From assembly GCA_018260615.1 (NCBI GenBank), contig JAGWDQ010000110.1, positions 1-29,361 of the forward strand: a stretch of DNA of 29,361 nucleotides, given 5' to 3'. The notes beneath the pieces were generated by a model. The model was not told where the DNA came from. It saw only the letters and a list, made by a program, of their open reading frames with translations, and searched no databases. The DNA comes from Candidatus Altarchaeum sp. (GTDB taxonomy: Archaea > Altiarchaeota > Altiarchaeia > Altiarchaeales > Altiarchaeaceae). Made by a program: the position numbers and the translations under genes. Below are positions 1 through 8,535 of the stretch, piece by piece; the first letter of the stretch is position 1, and every line of letters begins with the position of its first letter.

Positions 1-123
1 ATCTGTTCTGTTCTGTTCACTCCGGTTAACACTTCACTTAACATTTTCATATAAAAAATTAATTTTTAAAACAAATTAATAAAAAACAACAAAGCGAAAT
101 CACCCAAATTTATATAAATTTAC

Positions 124-165
124 CTTAATAAAATTTATCTTAATAAAATTTATCTTTAATAAAAT
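124..165. repeat. 15-bp tandem repeat (CTTAATAAAATTTAT x2 plus partial) running into the mfnB ATG
   Basis: Read directly: 124-138 = 139-153; a partial third copy overlaps the start codon. Confidence 0.85.
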
Positions 166-886
166 GAAACTTTTAGTCAGTGTTCAGAACATAGTTGAAT
201 GTACAAACGCAATAGAAGGAAATGCGGCTATAATAGACATCAAAAATCCACGCGAAGGAGCGCTTGGTGCATGCACGCCAAAAACGATAAAGGAAATAGT
301 AAAAATTTCGCATAATTTTAATTCGTTATGTTCTGCTGCGATTGGTGATGTTCAGTATGCAGGAAATGCGTCTCTTGCTGCTTTGGGTGCGGCAATGTGC
401 GGTGTTGATTATATCAAAGTCGGATTACGGACTGAAAGTGCTTCAATTGCGGGTTCTATTATGAAAGAAGTGGTCAGGGAAGTCAGGAATTACAAAAATT
501 TTTACGGCGAAAAGATAAAGATTGTTGCCGTTGGATTTGCCGACTGGCAGAGAGCAAATACCTTTCCGGTTGAGGAATTATACGATATAGGATTAGCAGG
601 CAATTGTGATGTTTTAATGATAGATACGGCAATAAAAGACGGAAAAAATTTATTTGATTTCGTCAAAGAAAAAGAAATTTCAAATTTTGCCAAAACAGCC
701 AGGGAATTAAACTTTGAAGTTGGCGTTGCGGGCTCGTTGAGGAATAAAGAAATTTCAGTCCTCAAAAACATAAAAGAAATAGATGTAATTGGCGTTAGAG
801 GTGCTGTTTGTAAAAATTTTGACAGAAAGGGAGAAATAGATAAGGATATGGTAAAAGAGTTAAAGGAAATTTTAGAAAGAGAATGA
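164..886 (+). CDS. mfnB: (5-formylfuran-3-yl)methyl phosphate synthase (methanofuran biosynthesis, DUF556 family)
   Basis: N-terminus MKLLVSV...IIDIKNPREGALGA, SAAIGD, DYIKVGL, LMIDTAIKDGKNLFDF, GVAGSL and IGVRGAVC match the MfnB TIM-barrel family. Confidence 0.88.
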   Translation: MKLLVSVQNIVECTNAIEGNAAIIDIKNPREGALGACTPKTIKEIVKISHNFNSLCSAAIGDVQYAGNASLAALGAAMCGVDYIKVGLRTESASIAGSIMKEVVREVRNYKNFYGEKIKIVAVGFADWQRANTFPVEELYDIGLAGNCDVLMIDTAIKDGKNLFDFVKEKEISNFAKTARELNFEVGVAGSLRNKEISVLKNIKEIDVIGVRGAVCKNFDRKGEIDKDMVKELKEILERE

Positions 887-979
887 GAAAAAAGAAAAAA
901 TTTTATAACAAAACAAAAAAGAAAAATAAAAAAATAAAAAGATTTTATGTATCATAAGTGCTAAAAGTGTCAAAGGTGA

Positions 980-1008
980 TTTTTATCGTACAGGAAAGTT
1001 CGTTTTAT
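980..1008. repeat. 29-bp dispersed repeat TTTTTATCGTACAGGAAAGTTCGTTTTAT, copy 1
   Basis: Identical to 3957-3985. Confidence 0.9.
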
Positions 1009-1062
1009 CCAAATTATGAACTCTCATATTTTGATAATATCTGATATAATGTCTTATTTTTC

Positions 1063-1280
1063 TTAAAGATTGAAACCGACGGTTTCAGTATTTGTTTTTG
1101 AGATTTTATAAATGTAAATATGCAACAAGGATTAATCTGCTATTTTCAAAACGATGAGTTTTGAAAATCTCCGAGCAACGGCGAGGCGAAAAAAGTAAAA
1201 CGCAAAACTTCAGCAAAAATAGTTAAAAATACACTCACTCCGTTCGTGTATTTTTTAAAGTTCGTGAAACTTTAAAAAAT
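1063..1280. repeat. Mosaic palindromic repeat cluster (hairpins plus linker modules)
   Basis: Hairpins TGAAACC-gac-GGTTTCA, ATTTTCAAAAC-gatga-GTTTTGAAAAT and TTTTTTAAAGTT-cgtga-AACTTTAAAAAA; linkers CTCCGAGCAACGGCGAGG and CTCACTCCGTTCGTGTATTT are shared with the 19615-19814 and 27351-27763 clusters. Confidence 0.85.
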
Positions 1281-1399
1281 TGCATTGCCATTGCAAATAT
1301 TTTAAAAAACTTTGCAATACTATTGCAAATATTTGCAAATTTTAGAAATTTAACCCACATATAAGTTAAAAAATCGTAACTATTCAGAGGGTGTCAAAT

Positions 1400-1437
1400 T
1401 ACTGAAAATCTATAAGATTTTCAATCTTTAAAAATAC
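1400..1437. repeat. Hairpin repeat module A (TACTGAAAATCT-ata-AGATTTTCAATCTTTAAAAA)
   Basis: Reverse complement of the module at 8499-8535 and close to 27434-27472. Confidence 0.85.
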
Positions 1438-1662
1438 TTTGGTATTTTTAAATTACTTGTGAAATTTTCGAAAAAAATACAAAAATTAAAAATTTACATG
1501 TAATTTTTTATAGGGGTGGAATAGTTACAAAAATTCAATATTTTAATCCACTCACGAGTTAAAAATTTAGAAATTTAACCCGCATACAAGTCATTCAGGA
1601 AAAATTTAAAATCAATTAACAAAAATTTAAAAAAGCGCAACTTTTACCTTTGTTAAGTATAA

Positions 1663-1800
1663 CTAATGAACAAAGGTAAGATATACTGCATACACTGCAA
1701 CAAAGATGGCCACAAATCCTGCAATAACAGATAGATATATCAACCATTGCGGCGGTTTTTTTCCAAAAATTTTATACAAAGTTAATATAGGTACTCCCAT
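1663..1800 (-). CDS. Small single-TM membrane protein, 45 aa (MGVPILTLYKIFGKKPPQWLIYLSVIAGFVAIFVAVYAVYLTFVH)
   Basis: Hand-translated ATG to TAG; basic patch followed by a ~25-aa hydrophobic helix; shares a PxWLxY motif with the neighbouring ORF; below the ORF-track cutoff. Confidence 0.6.
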   Translation of the reverse strand: MGVPILTLYKIFGKKPPQWLIYLSVIAGFVAIFVAVYAVYLTFVH

Positions 1801-1929
1801 TTTTAATAGTTTGTTTTATTTTTACTTTATTATAGTGAAAATGCTAACCTTTGATACTAATACCGAACTCGTGCGCATTAAATTAAAGCATCAAAAGTTG
1901 ATATTTTGACTATAATTTAAATTTTAAAG

Positions 1930-2091
1930 TTAGATGATGCCCAGAACTTTTAACGCGATTATAAAACAGATTAGACCCATTAAAGCTCCAAAGTATGCTA
2001 ACCATTTTGGCTGATATGCTGTAAAAATATCATTATCCTTTGAATCATCCGAAACTTTTAAAATTTTTTTTAATGTTTTTTTTATTTCCAT
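1930..2091 (-). CDS. Small single-TM membrane protein, 53 aa (MEIKKTLKKILKVSDDSKDNDIFTAYQPKWLAYFGALMGLICFIIALKVLGII)
   Basis: Hand-translated ATG to TAA; charged N-terminus then a hydrophobic C-terminal helix; co-oriented downstream of Alba. Confidence 0.62.
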   Translation of the reverse strand: MEIKKTLKKILKVSDDSKDNDIFTAYQPKWLAYFGALMGLICFIIALKVLGII

Positions 2092-2208
2092 TTTGCATAT
2101 TTTTTATGTAATTTATCGTATTATTTCCATAAAACAAGTCAAACAAAACGGATAAAAATATGTCTTTGAATAAATAAATTTAGTTCCTAAATAATTATAT
2201 AAATAAAC

Positions 2209-2262
2209 AAATAAATAAATTTAAAAAAATAAATAAATTTAAAAAAATAAATAAATTTAAAA
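2209..2262. repeat. 18-bp AT-rich tandem repeat x3
   Basis: TAAATAAATTT recurs at 2212, 2230 and 2248. Confidence 0.75.
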
Positions 2263-2284
2263 TTTTCATCCGAAACTTATAGGT

Positions 2285-2596
2285 TTAGAAAGGTGGTTTT
2301 TCCATAGTTATTTCTATTGCAGATACCTTTGACGGACCTCTTTGCTTTGCATGCTCTTCTGTTTCTCCCTCTCTTGGTCTTGATGGTACTTCTTCTGTCT
2401 TAATCACAATATTTTTTATTACTGCATTTGGCAAATATCTGTTTCTTACAACCTCAACAATATCAATTGCTGTGCTCATTGACCTTCCTCTTGCTTTTAC
2501 TACAACACTGTTTGTTTTTGTAAATTGTGTCATTACTGCCAAAACATAAGCCATAAGTTCCTTCTTTCCGACAAATATTACATTGTGTTCTTCCAT
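2285..2596 (-). CDS. albA: DNA/RNA-binding chromatin protein Alba
   Basis: IFVGKKELMAYVLAV, VVVKARGRSMSTAIDIVEVVRNRY and VSAIEITM motifs. Confidence 0.93.
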   Translation of the reverse strand: MEEHNVIFVGKKELMAYVLAVMTQFTKTNSVVVKARGRSMSTAIDIVEVVRNRYLPNAVIKNIVIKTEEVPSRPREGETEEHAKQRGPSKVSAIEITMEKPPF

Positions 2597-2639
2597 CTTG
2601 CTTCATTAAGTTTTGTTTGTATCATTTATTCAATCCTGT

Positions 2640-2825
2640 TTAATCCTCAACAGTAATTGCTCCTTCCGGACAAGCACTTTCACATGCGTGACAACCTAAG
2701 CACTCACTCATATCTTTTGCTATTTTTGCCTTGTTTCCATTAAGTTCAAAAAGCCCTACCGGGCACGTATCTACACACTCGCTGCATCCCTTACACTTTA
2801 CCACATCTATTTTTACAGTCGCCAT
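2640..2825 (-). CDS. 2x[4Fe-4S] dicluster ferredoxin
   Basis: Two CxxCxxCxxxCP motifs (CKGCSECVDTCP, CLGCHACESACP) in 61 aa. Confidence 0.95.
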   Translation of the reverse strand: MATVKIDVVKCKGCSECVDTCPVGLFELNGNKAKIAKDMSECLGCHACESACPEGAITVED

Positions 2826-3030
2826 TTTTTCGTCGTTGATTTAATTTTTGTTTTGATATTTTGATAATTAGTATTTATATATTAAATAATTTTTATTATA
2901 TTTGTTAATTACATTTATATTAAATTTATCCGAACAATTGTAAAATTTCATAAATTTTAAAATACACGAACGATAGTGGGCTATAATATTAGAAGTAAAT
3001 TTCTAATATTTATTTACAATTTTTCAATTA

Positions 3031-3122
3031 TTAATCAGATAAAAATTAATCAGATAAAAATTAATCAGATAAAAATTTATAAATCAACAAGTAAAAAAAA
3101 ATTTATAAATCAACAAGTAAAA
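3031..3122. repeat. Tandem repeats upstream of mscL: 15 bp x3 then 26 bp x2
   Basis: TTAATCAGATAAAAA at 3031, 3046 and 3061; AAAAATTTATAAATCAACAAGTAAAA at 3071 and 3097, ending on the base before the ATG. Confidence 0.9.
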
Positions 3123-3924
<802 letters not shown>

Positions 3925-3956
3925 ATTTAAAAGTTTTGATAAATTTTACTGAAAGT

Positions 3957-3985
3957 TTTTTATCGTACAGGAAAGTTCGTTTTAT
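3957..3985. repeat. 29-bp dispersed repeat, copy 2
   Basis: Identical to 980-1008. Confidence 0.9.
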
Positions 3986-3989
3986 TATC

Positions 3990-4053
3990 CTCACACAGAG
4001 ACACCAAGACACAAAGGAGAAATATACTCTGTGACTTTGTGGCTTTGTGTGAG
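3990..4053. repeat. Imperfect inverted repeat with 27-bp arms built of 8-bp CACA(A/G)AGN units (module D)
   Basis: Left arm CTCACACAGAGACACCAAGACACAAAG, 10-bp spacer, right arm CTCTGTGACTTTGTGGCTTTGTGTGAG; relatives at 8382-8437, 19615-19814, 27398-27410 and 29310-29329. Confidence 0.85.
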
Positions 4054-4071
4054 CATTTTAAATTTTTTAAA

Positions 4072-5142
4072 ATGGATAAATTAAAAGTAGGAATTTTGGG
4101 AGCAACCGGACTGGTTGGACAAAGATACATACAATTTTTGCACGAGCACAAATTTTTTGAGATTGCATCATTAATGGCATCTGAAAAGAGTGCCGGAAAA
4201 AAATATAAGGAATGTGCAAAATGGTATCTTGACTTTGACATACCGGAAGAAATTTCCGACATGGTCGTTGATGAAATTTCCACAGACAATATCAAAAAAC
4301 ACAAACTTGATCTGGTATTTTCCGCCCTTCCGGGAGAAATTGCATCCTGGGAGGAAAAATTTGCCAGAGAAATTCCTTTATTCAGCAAGGTTTCAAAGCA
4401 CAGAATGGATAAAGATGTTCCGCTCATTGTCCCGGAAATAAATCAGGAACACTTTGAAATCATAAAACATCAAAAGAAGAACCGAAATTTTAACGGTTTT
4501 ATCGTCACCGCTCCGAATTGTTCAACGACAGGAATGGTTTTGCCTTTAAAGGTCTTACAGGATAAATTCGGAATAGAAAGCTTGCATGTTACAACATTTC
4601 AGGCATTAAGCGGTGCCGGCTATGACGGAGTTAAGTCAATGCAGATACTTGACAATATAATTCCATTCATCGGCGGGGAAGAGGATAAGATGGAAACCGA
4701 GGCGCTGAAAATTTTGGGAAAATACGAGGATGAAAGCAAACAAATAGCCAGTGCAAATTTTAAAATTTATGCATCCTGCAACAGGGTTAATGTGCTTGAC
4801 GGACATCTTGAAGTTCTGCATGTCAAACTAAAAAATGATTTTGATGTTGAAAAAGTAAAGGAGGAATTTGCAAAATTTAATCCGCTAAAGGATTTTTCAT
4901 TGCCTTCCGCTCCTGAAAATCCTATAACTGTGCTTGATGAAGAAGACAGGCCGCAGCCACGACTTGACAGAAACAGAGATAAGGGAATGACTATAAGTGT
5001 CGGCAGGATTGAAAAAAAGGATGAAAAAATTTTACGATTATATTCTTTAAGCCATAATACAATCAGAGGGGCAGCGGGGGAGAGTGTTCTTGAAGCAGAA
5101 CTGGCATTTCAAAAAGGAATTTTTGAAATCTCCGAACGGTAG
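4072..5142 (+). CDS. asd: Aspartate-semialdehyde dehydrogenase (archaeal type)
   Basis: KVGILGATGLVGQ Rossmann motif, catalytic PNCST, TFQALSGAG, CNRVNVLDGH and SHNTIRGAAG; start moved to ATG 4072. Confidence 0.95.
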   Translation: MDKLKVGILGATGLVGQRYIQFLHEHKFFEIASLMASEKSAGKKYKECAKWYLDFDIPEEISDMVVDEISTDNIKKHKLDLVFSALPGEIASWEEKFAREIPLFSKVSKHRMDKDVPLIVPEINQEHFEIIKHQKKNRNFNGFIVTAPNCSTTGMVLPLKVLQDKFGIESLHVTTFQALSGAGYDGVKSMQILDNIIPFIGGEEDKMETEALKILGKYEDESKQIASANFKIYASCNRVNVLDGHLEVLHVKLKNDFDVEKVKEEFAKFNPLKDFSLPSAPENPITVLDEEDRPQPRLDRNRDKGMTISVGRIEKKDEKILRLYSLSHNTIRGAAGESVLEAELAFQKGIFEISER

Positions 5143-5156
5143 TGAGGTGACACAAA
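5106..5156. repeat. Mosaic repeat module overlapping the asd 3' end
   Basis: Hairpin ATTTCAAAAA-ggaa-TTTTTGAAAT followed by linker CTCCGAACGGTAGTGAGGTGA, nearly the reverse complement of the linker at 8335 and 27351. Confidence 0.75.
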
Positions 5157-5174
5157 AAAGGGTTGTTTTAAATT

Positions 5175-5618
5175 TCAAAATCTTCTTTTCATTTCCTTCT
5201 TTAGACCTTTAACTGCTGCTGTGTAAATTACCCGATTTCTCTCTTTCATAAATTTTTGTAAATTTTTTTGTAAATTTTTACGGACCTCTCTCTTTACTGA
5301 TTTTGAAAGAGCTTTTAAAATTTCATCTGTGATGTCTTTGAGGTCTTTTTTGTTTGTTTTATTTGTTCTTTTTACCTCATTAAAAATTTCATCAGTATTA
5401 CTATCTGATTTGTCTCCGACATGAGAAATTAAGTAATTATATGCTTCGTTGAGCTGCTTAAATTTTTCTTCCGCATCACAGGAATGATTAACATCGGGAT
5501 GATAAATTTTTGCCAGTTCCCTGTATCTTTCTTTTATTTCCTGTCCGGAGGCACTTCTCTTTAAGCCCAGCATCAGATAGTGACTGCTGATACATTCGTT
5601 TTTTCCAACTCTCGCCAT
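5175..5618 (-). CDS. J-domain (type III DnaJ-like) protein
   Basis: HYLMLGL...EIKERYRELAKIYHPDVN...AEEKFKQLNEAYNYL with the HPD motif; no Gly/Phe-rich or Zn-finger region. Confidence 0.85.
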   Translation of the reverse strand: MARVGKNECISSHYLMLGLKRSASGQEIKERYRELAKIYHPDVNHSCDAEEKFKQLNEAYNYLISHVGDKSDSNTDEIFNEVKRTNKTNKKDLKDITDEILKALSKSVKREVRKNLQKNLQKFMKERNRVIYTAAVKGLKKEMKRRF

Positions 5619-6472
5619 TCTTTGTCAATCCCATCCTGGATTTCATCTATTTGTTGTTGTGTTAAATGCCTGAACCTTCCCTGTACCTTTAAATATTCCT
5701 CAACCTTTTTTCGTTTTGCCGGCTTATAATTTAAATTAAATTTTCCGTTCTCTATCTCAAAAACCTTATATATTCCAGTCTCAATTGCTAATTTTGTAAT
5801 TTTAATCGCATCTTTTTCCGGAATTCTCCAGCCGGTCGGGCAGGAGGCAAAAATTTGTATGTATTTCGCTCCTTTTATTTTTAGTGCTTTTCTGACCTTG
5901 TTTTCCAGATCCCTGAAATTATAAATTGTTGTTGATGCGGCATAAACATTGTGGGCTGCTGCGATTTCAACTAAATTTTTCTTTCTCTGTAAATTTCCCG
6001 GAATTGCCTTTCCCGACGGGGTTGTACTTGTACTGGCAAATTTTGGCGTTGAACCTGACTGCTGAACGCCCGTGTTCATGTACGCTTCGTTATCATAACA
6101 AATATATAAAACATCGTCATTTCTTTCTAACATTCCCGAAAGTGAACCAAAGCCAATATCAAATGTTGAACCGTCACCGCCAATAGCAATTATCTTTGGT
6201 TTCTCATTTTTATCATTTTCGCTTGTATATTCATACGCTGCATTTACTCCGCTTGCAACAGCAGAGACATTTTCAAATGCAACATGGATCCATGGAATTC
6301 TCCATGATGTTTCGGGATAAGGCGTAGTTGCCACTTCCATACATCCGGTCGCATTACAAACGATAAAATTTTTACCTACATCTTTCTGTATTGCCCTTAA
6401 AACCATCCTTATAGCAGTTGCTGCCCCACATCCGGCACATGTTCTCGTTCCCGGAGCAAGTAATTCTTCCAT
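5573..6472 (-). CDS. porB: Pyruvate (2-oxoacid):ferredoxin oxidoreductase beta subunit, ThDP-binding
   Basis: CAGCG, TGCMEV, GGDGSTFDIG, YDNEAYMNTGVQ and CPTGW motifs; substrate specificity (pyruvate vs 2-ketoisovalerate) not resolvable. Confidence 0.88.
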   Translation of the reverse strand: MEELLAPGTRTCAGCGAATAIRMVLRAIQKDVGKNFIVCNATGCMEVATTPYPETSWRIPWIHVAFENVSAVASGVNAAYEYTSENDKNEKPKIIAIGGDGSTFDIGFGSLSGMLERNDDVLYICYDNEAYMNTGVQQSGSTPKFASTSTTPSGKAIPGNLQRKKNLVEIAAAHNVYAASTTIYNFRDLENKVRKALKIKGAKYIQIFASCPTGWRIPEKDAIKITKLAIETGIYKVFEIENGKFNLNYKPAKRKKVEEYLKVQGRFRHLTQQQIDEIQDGIDKEWRELEKTNVSAVTI

Positions 6473-6482
6473 TTTAAAAATT

Positions 6483-6508
6483 TTTATTTAATAAATTTAT
6501 TTAATAAA
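6483..6508. repeat. 13-bp tandem repeat x2 just upstream of the porB start
   Basis: TTTATTTAATAAA at 6483 and 6496. Confidence 0.7.
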
Positions 6509-6560
6509 TTTACACAAATCTTATTTAAATTCATTAAGAATTAGGATTTAATATTAAAAA

Positions 6561-8228
6561 CTATTCAAATATCGCCCCCGTATTTGCAGATGTAACACTT
6601 GCTGCATATCTCTTTAATACACCGCTTAAAATTTTCTTTTTGATTTTTAAATTTTTTGTTCTTTCCTTAATCTCATCGTTGCTTATTTTTAAATTTAGCG
6701 ATCTCTTTGCCAAATCAATCTCTATAACATCTCCGTCTTTAACAATTGCTATTGTCCCTTTTTCTGCCGCTTCCGGTGAAACATGCCCGATTGCCATGCC
6801 TCTTGTTCCTCCTGAAAATCTTCCGTCTGTAATTAATGCAACCTTGTCAATTAATCCCTGCCCTGCCAACGCTGATGTGGCCTGAAGCATTTCTCTCATT
6901 CCGGGACATCCTTTTGGACCTTCGTATCTGATTACAACAACATCGCCAGCCATAATTTCTCTACGCATTATTGCATCATTTGCATCCTCTTCGCAGTCAA
7001 AAACCTTTGCCTTTCCGGAAAATTTCAACATTTTTTCATTAACCGCCCCTACTTTAACTACTGACCCATCGGGGGCTAAATTTCCCTTTAAAACAAAAAT
7101 TCCCCCTTCTTTGTGATACGGATTGCTCAAATCTCTTATAACCTCTCTGTTCTTTTCCGGATTTATAATCTTAAATTTCTCTAAATTTTTTCCCAATGTT
7201 TCACCCGTAACAGTCAGCACATCCAAATTTAACTGAGCCTTCAGTTTGGACATAACTGCCTGAATCCCACCCGCGCGCTCCAAATCCTCCATAAAATGAC
7301 TTCCCCCGGGACGAATCGAAACAATATGAGGAATTTTTCGGCTGATTTCGTCAAAAATTTCCAGATTTAAATTTATTCCGCATTCCTTTGCAATAGCAGG
7401 AATATGTAGGGCGGTATTTGTTGAGCCGCCTATTGCCATATCAATCATTATTGCATTTTCAAAGGCATCATAAGTTAGGATATCTCTACTTTTTATGTCG
7501 TTGTTGATTAAGTCAAAAATTTTCATTCCGCTTTCCTTGGCAATTCTATGTTTTTTGCTTTCAACTGCAAGAGCAGTTCCGCATCCCGGCAATGACATTC
7601 CAAGTGCTTCCGTAAGACAACCCATAGTATTGGCGGTAAATAAGCCCGCACAACTTCCTGCACCGGGACAGGCAAAATTTTCCAAAATTTTCAATTCATC
7701 TTCACTAATCTCATTAACATTATATTTGCCTACTCCTTCAAATAAAGAAATCAAATCAACTCTGTTGTCATTTGCAAATCCGGGACACATCGGACCTCCT
7801 GTAACTGCTATTGTGGGAATGTTGAGCCGTGCTGACGCCATCAAATGTCCGGGGGTAATTTTATCGCAGGAAGGAACTAACAACAAAGCATCCATCTGGT
7901 GTGCCTGAATCTGTAATTCAATTGAATCGGCAATCGTCTCCCTGCTTGGCAAAGAATATCTCATCCCTTCATGTCCCATTGCAATCCCGTCACAAATTGC
8001 AATAGTGTGAAACTCAAAAGGCGTGCATTTTGCATATCTTATTCCTGCCTTTGCGGATTGTGCCAACTTATCCAAATGTATATGCCCGGGAACATATTCA
8101 TTCCACGAATTTACAACACCTACAAACGGCTGGGAAATTTCCTCATCTGTTAATCCCATGGCTTTCATTAATGAGCGGTGCGGTGCCCTTGCTATACCTT
8201 TTTTTGTCTTATCCGAACGAAGATTCAT
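6561..8228 (-). CDS. ilvD: Dihydroxy-acid dehydratase
   Basis: [47 protein letters not shown] and TDGRFSGG; start reassigned to ATG 8228. Confidence 0.96.
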   Translation of the reverse strand: MNLRSDKTKKGIARAPHRSLMKAMGLTDEEISQPFVGVVNSWNEYVPGHIHLDKLAQSAKAGIRYAKCTPFEFHTIAICDGIAMGHEGMRYSLPSRETIADSIELQIQAHQMDALLLVPSCDKITPGHLMASARLNIPTIAVTGGPMCPGFANDNRVDLISLFEGVGKYNVNEISEDELKILENFACPGAGSCAGLFTANTMGCLTEALGMSLPGCGTALAVESKKHRIAKESGMKIFDLINNDIKSRDILTYDAFENAIMIDMAIGGSTNTALHIPAIAKECGINLNLEIFDEISRKIPHIVSIRPGGSHFMEDLERAGGIQAVMSKLKAQLNLDVLTVTGETLGKNLEKFKIINPEKNREVIRDLSNPYHKEGGIFVLKGNLAPDGSVVKVGAVNEKMLKFSGKAKVFDCEEDANDAIMRREIMAGDVVVIRYEGPKGCPGMREMLQATSALAGQGLIDKVALITDGRFSGGTRGMAIGHVSPEAAEKGTIAIVKDGDVIEIDLAKRSLNLKISNDEIKERTKNLKIKKKILSGVLKRYAASVTSANTGAIFE

Positions 8229-8334
8229 TTTGTATTGAATGATGTTTTTGTTTTCGAAATTAATTTTGAAGCAAATTACAATTATGAAGTGAGAGTAAGT
8301 GAGATAAAATTTAGGGTGAAAAAAATAAAAAAAA

Positions 8335-8535
8335 CTCACCTCACTTCGTTCGGAGATTTCAAAATCTGCAAGATTTTGAAATCACACAAAGCCACAAAAC
8401 ATAATTGTCCCTTTGTGTCTCTGTGTCTCCGTGTGAGGGTAACGAAATCAAATTTCTATTCGGATTTAAAATTTTTCAGTATTTAAAAACCTCGCAGGTT
8501 TTTAAAGATTGAAAATCTTATAGATTTTCAGTATT
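8335..8535. repeat. Mosaic palindromic repeat cluster (linker, hairpin, module D, module A)
   Basis: 8335-8393 matches 27351-27409 apart from a single substitution; 13-bp stem GATTTCAAAATCT-gca-AGATTTTGAAATC; module A at 8499-8535. Confidence 0.9.

Noticed and set aside
887-1660. Transposase remnant in the long spacer
   Set aside because: No ORF fragment resembling a transposase on either strand; only short repeat modules.
1706-1909. 67-aa plus-strand ORF from the track
   Set aside because: Antisense to a more protein-like TM ORF (1663-1800); no recognisable features.
2976-3122. N-terminal extension of mscL (NQIKI x3)
   Set aside because: It is the translation of intergenic tandem repeats; MscL similarity begins at Met 3123.
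3960-4427. 155-aa minus-strand ORF
   Set aside because: Antisense shadow of asd that ends in repeat modules.
8229-8339. N-terminal extension of ilvD
   Set aside because: Low-complexity intergenic DNA running into a repeat; family similarity starts at MNLRSD (8228).
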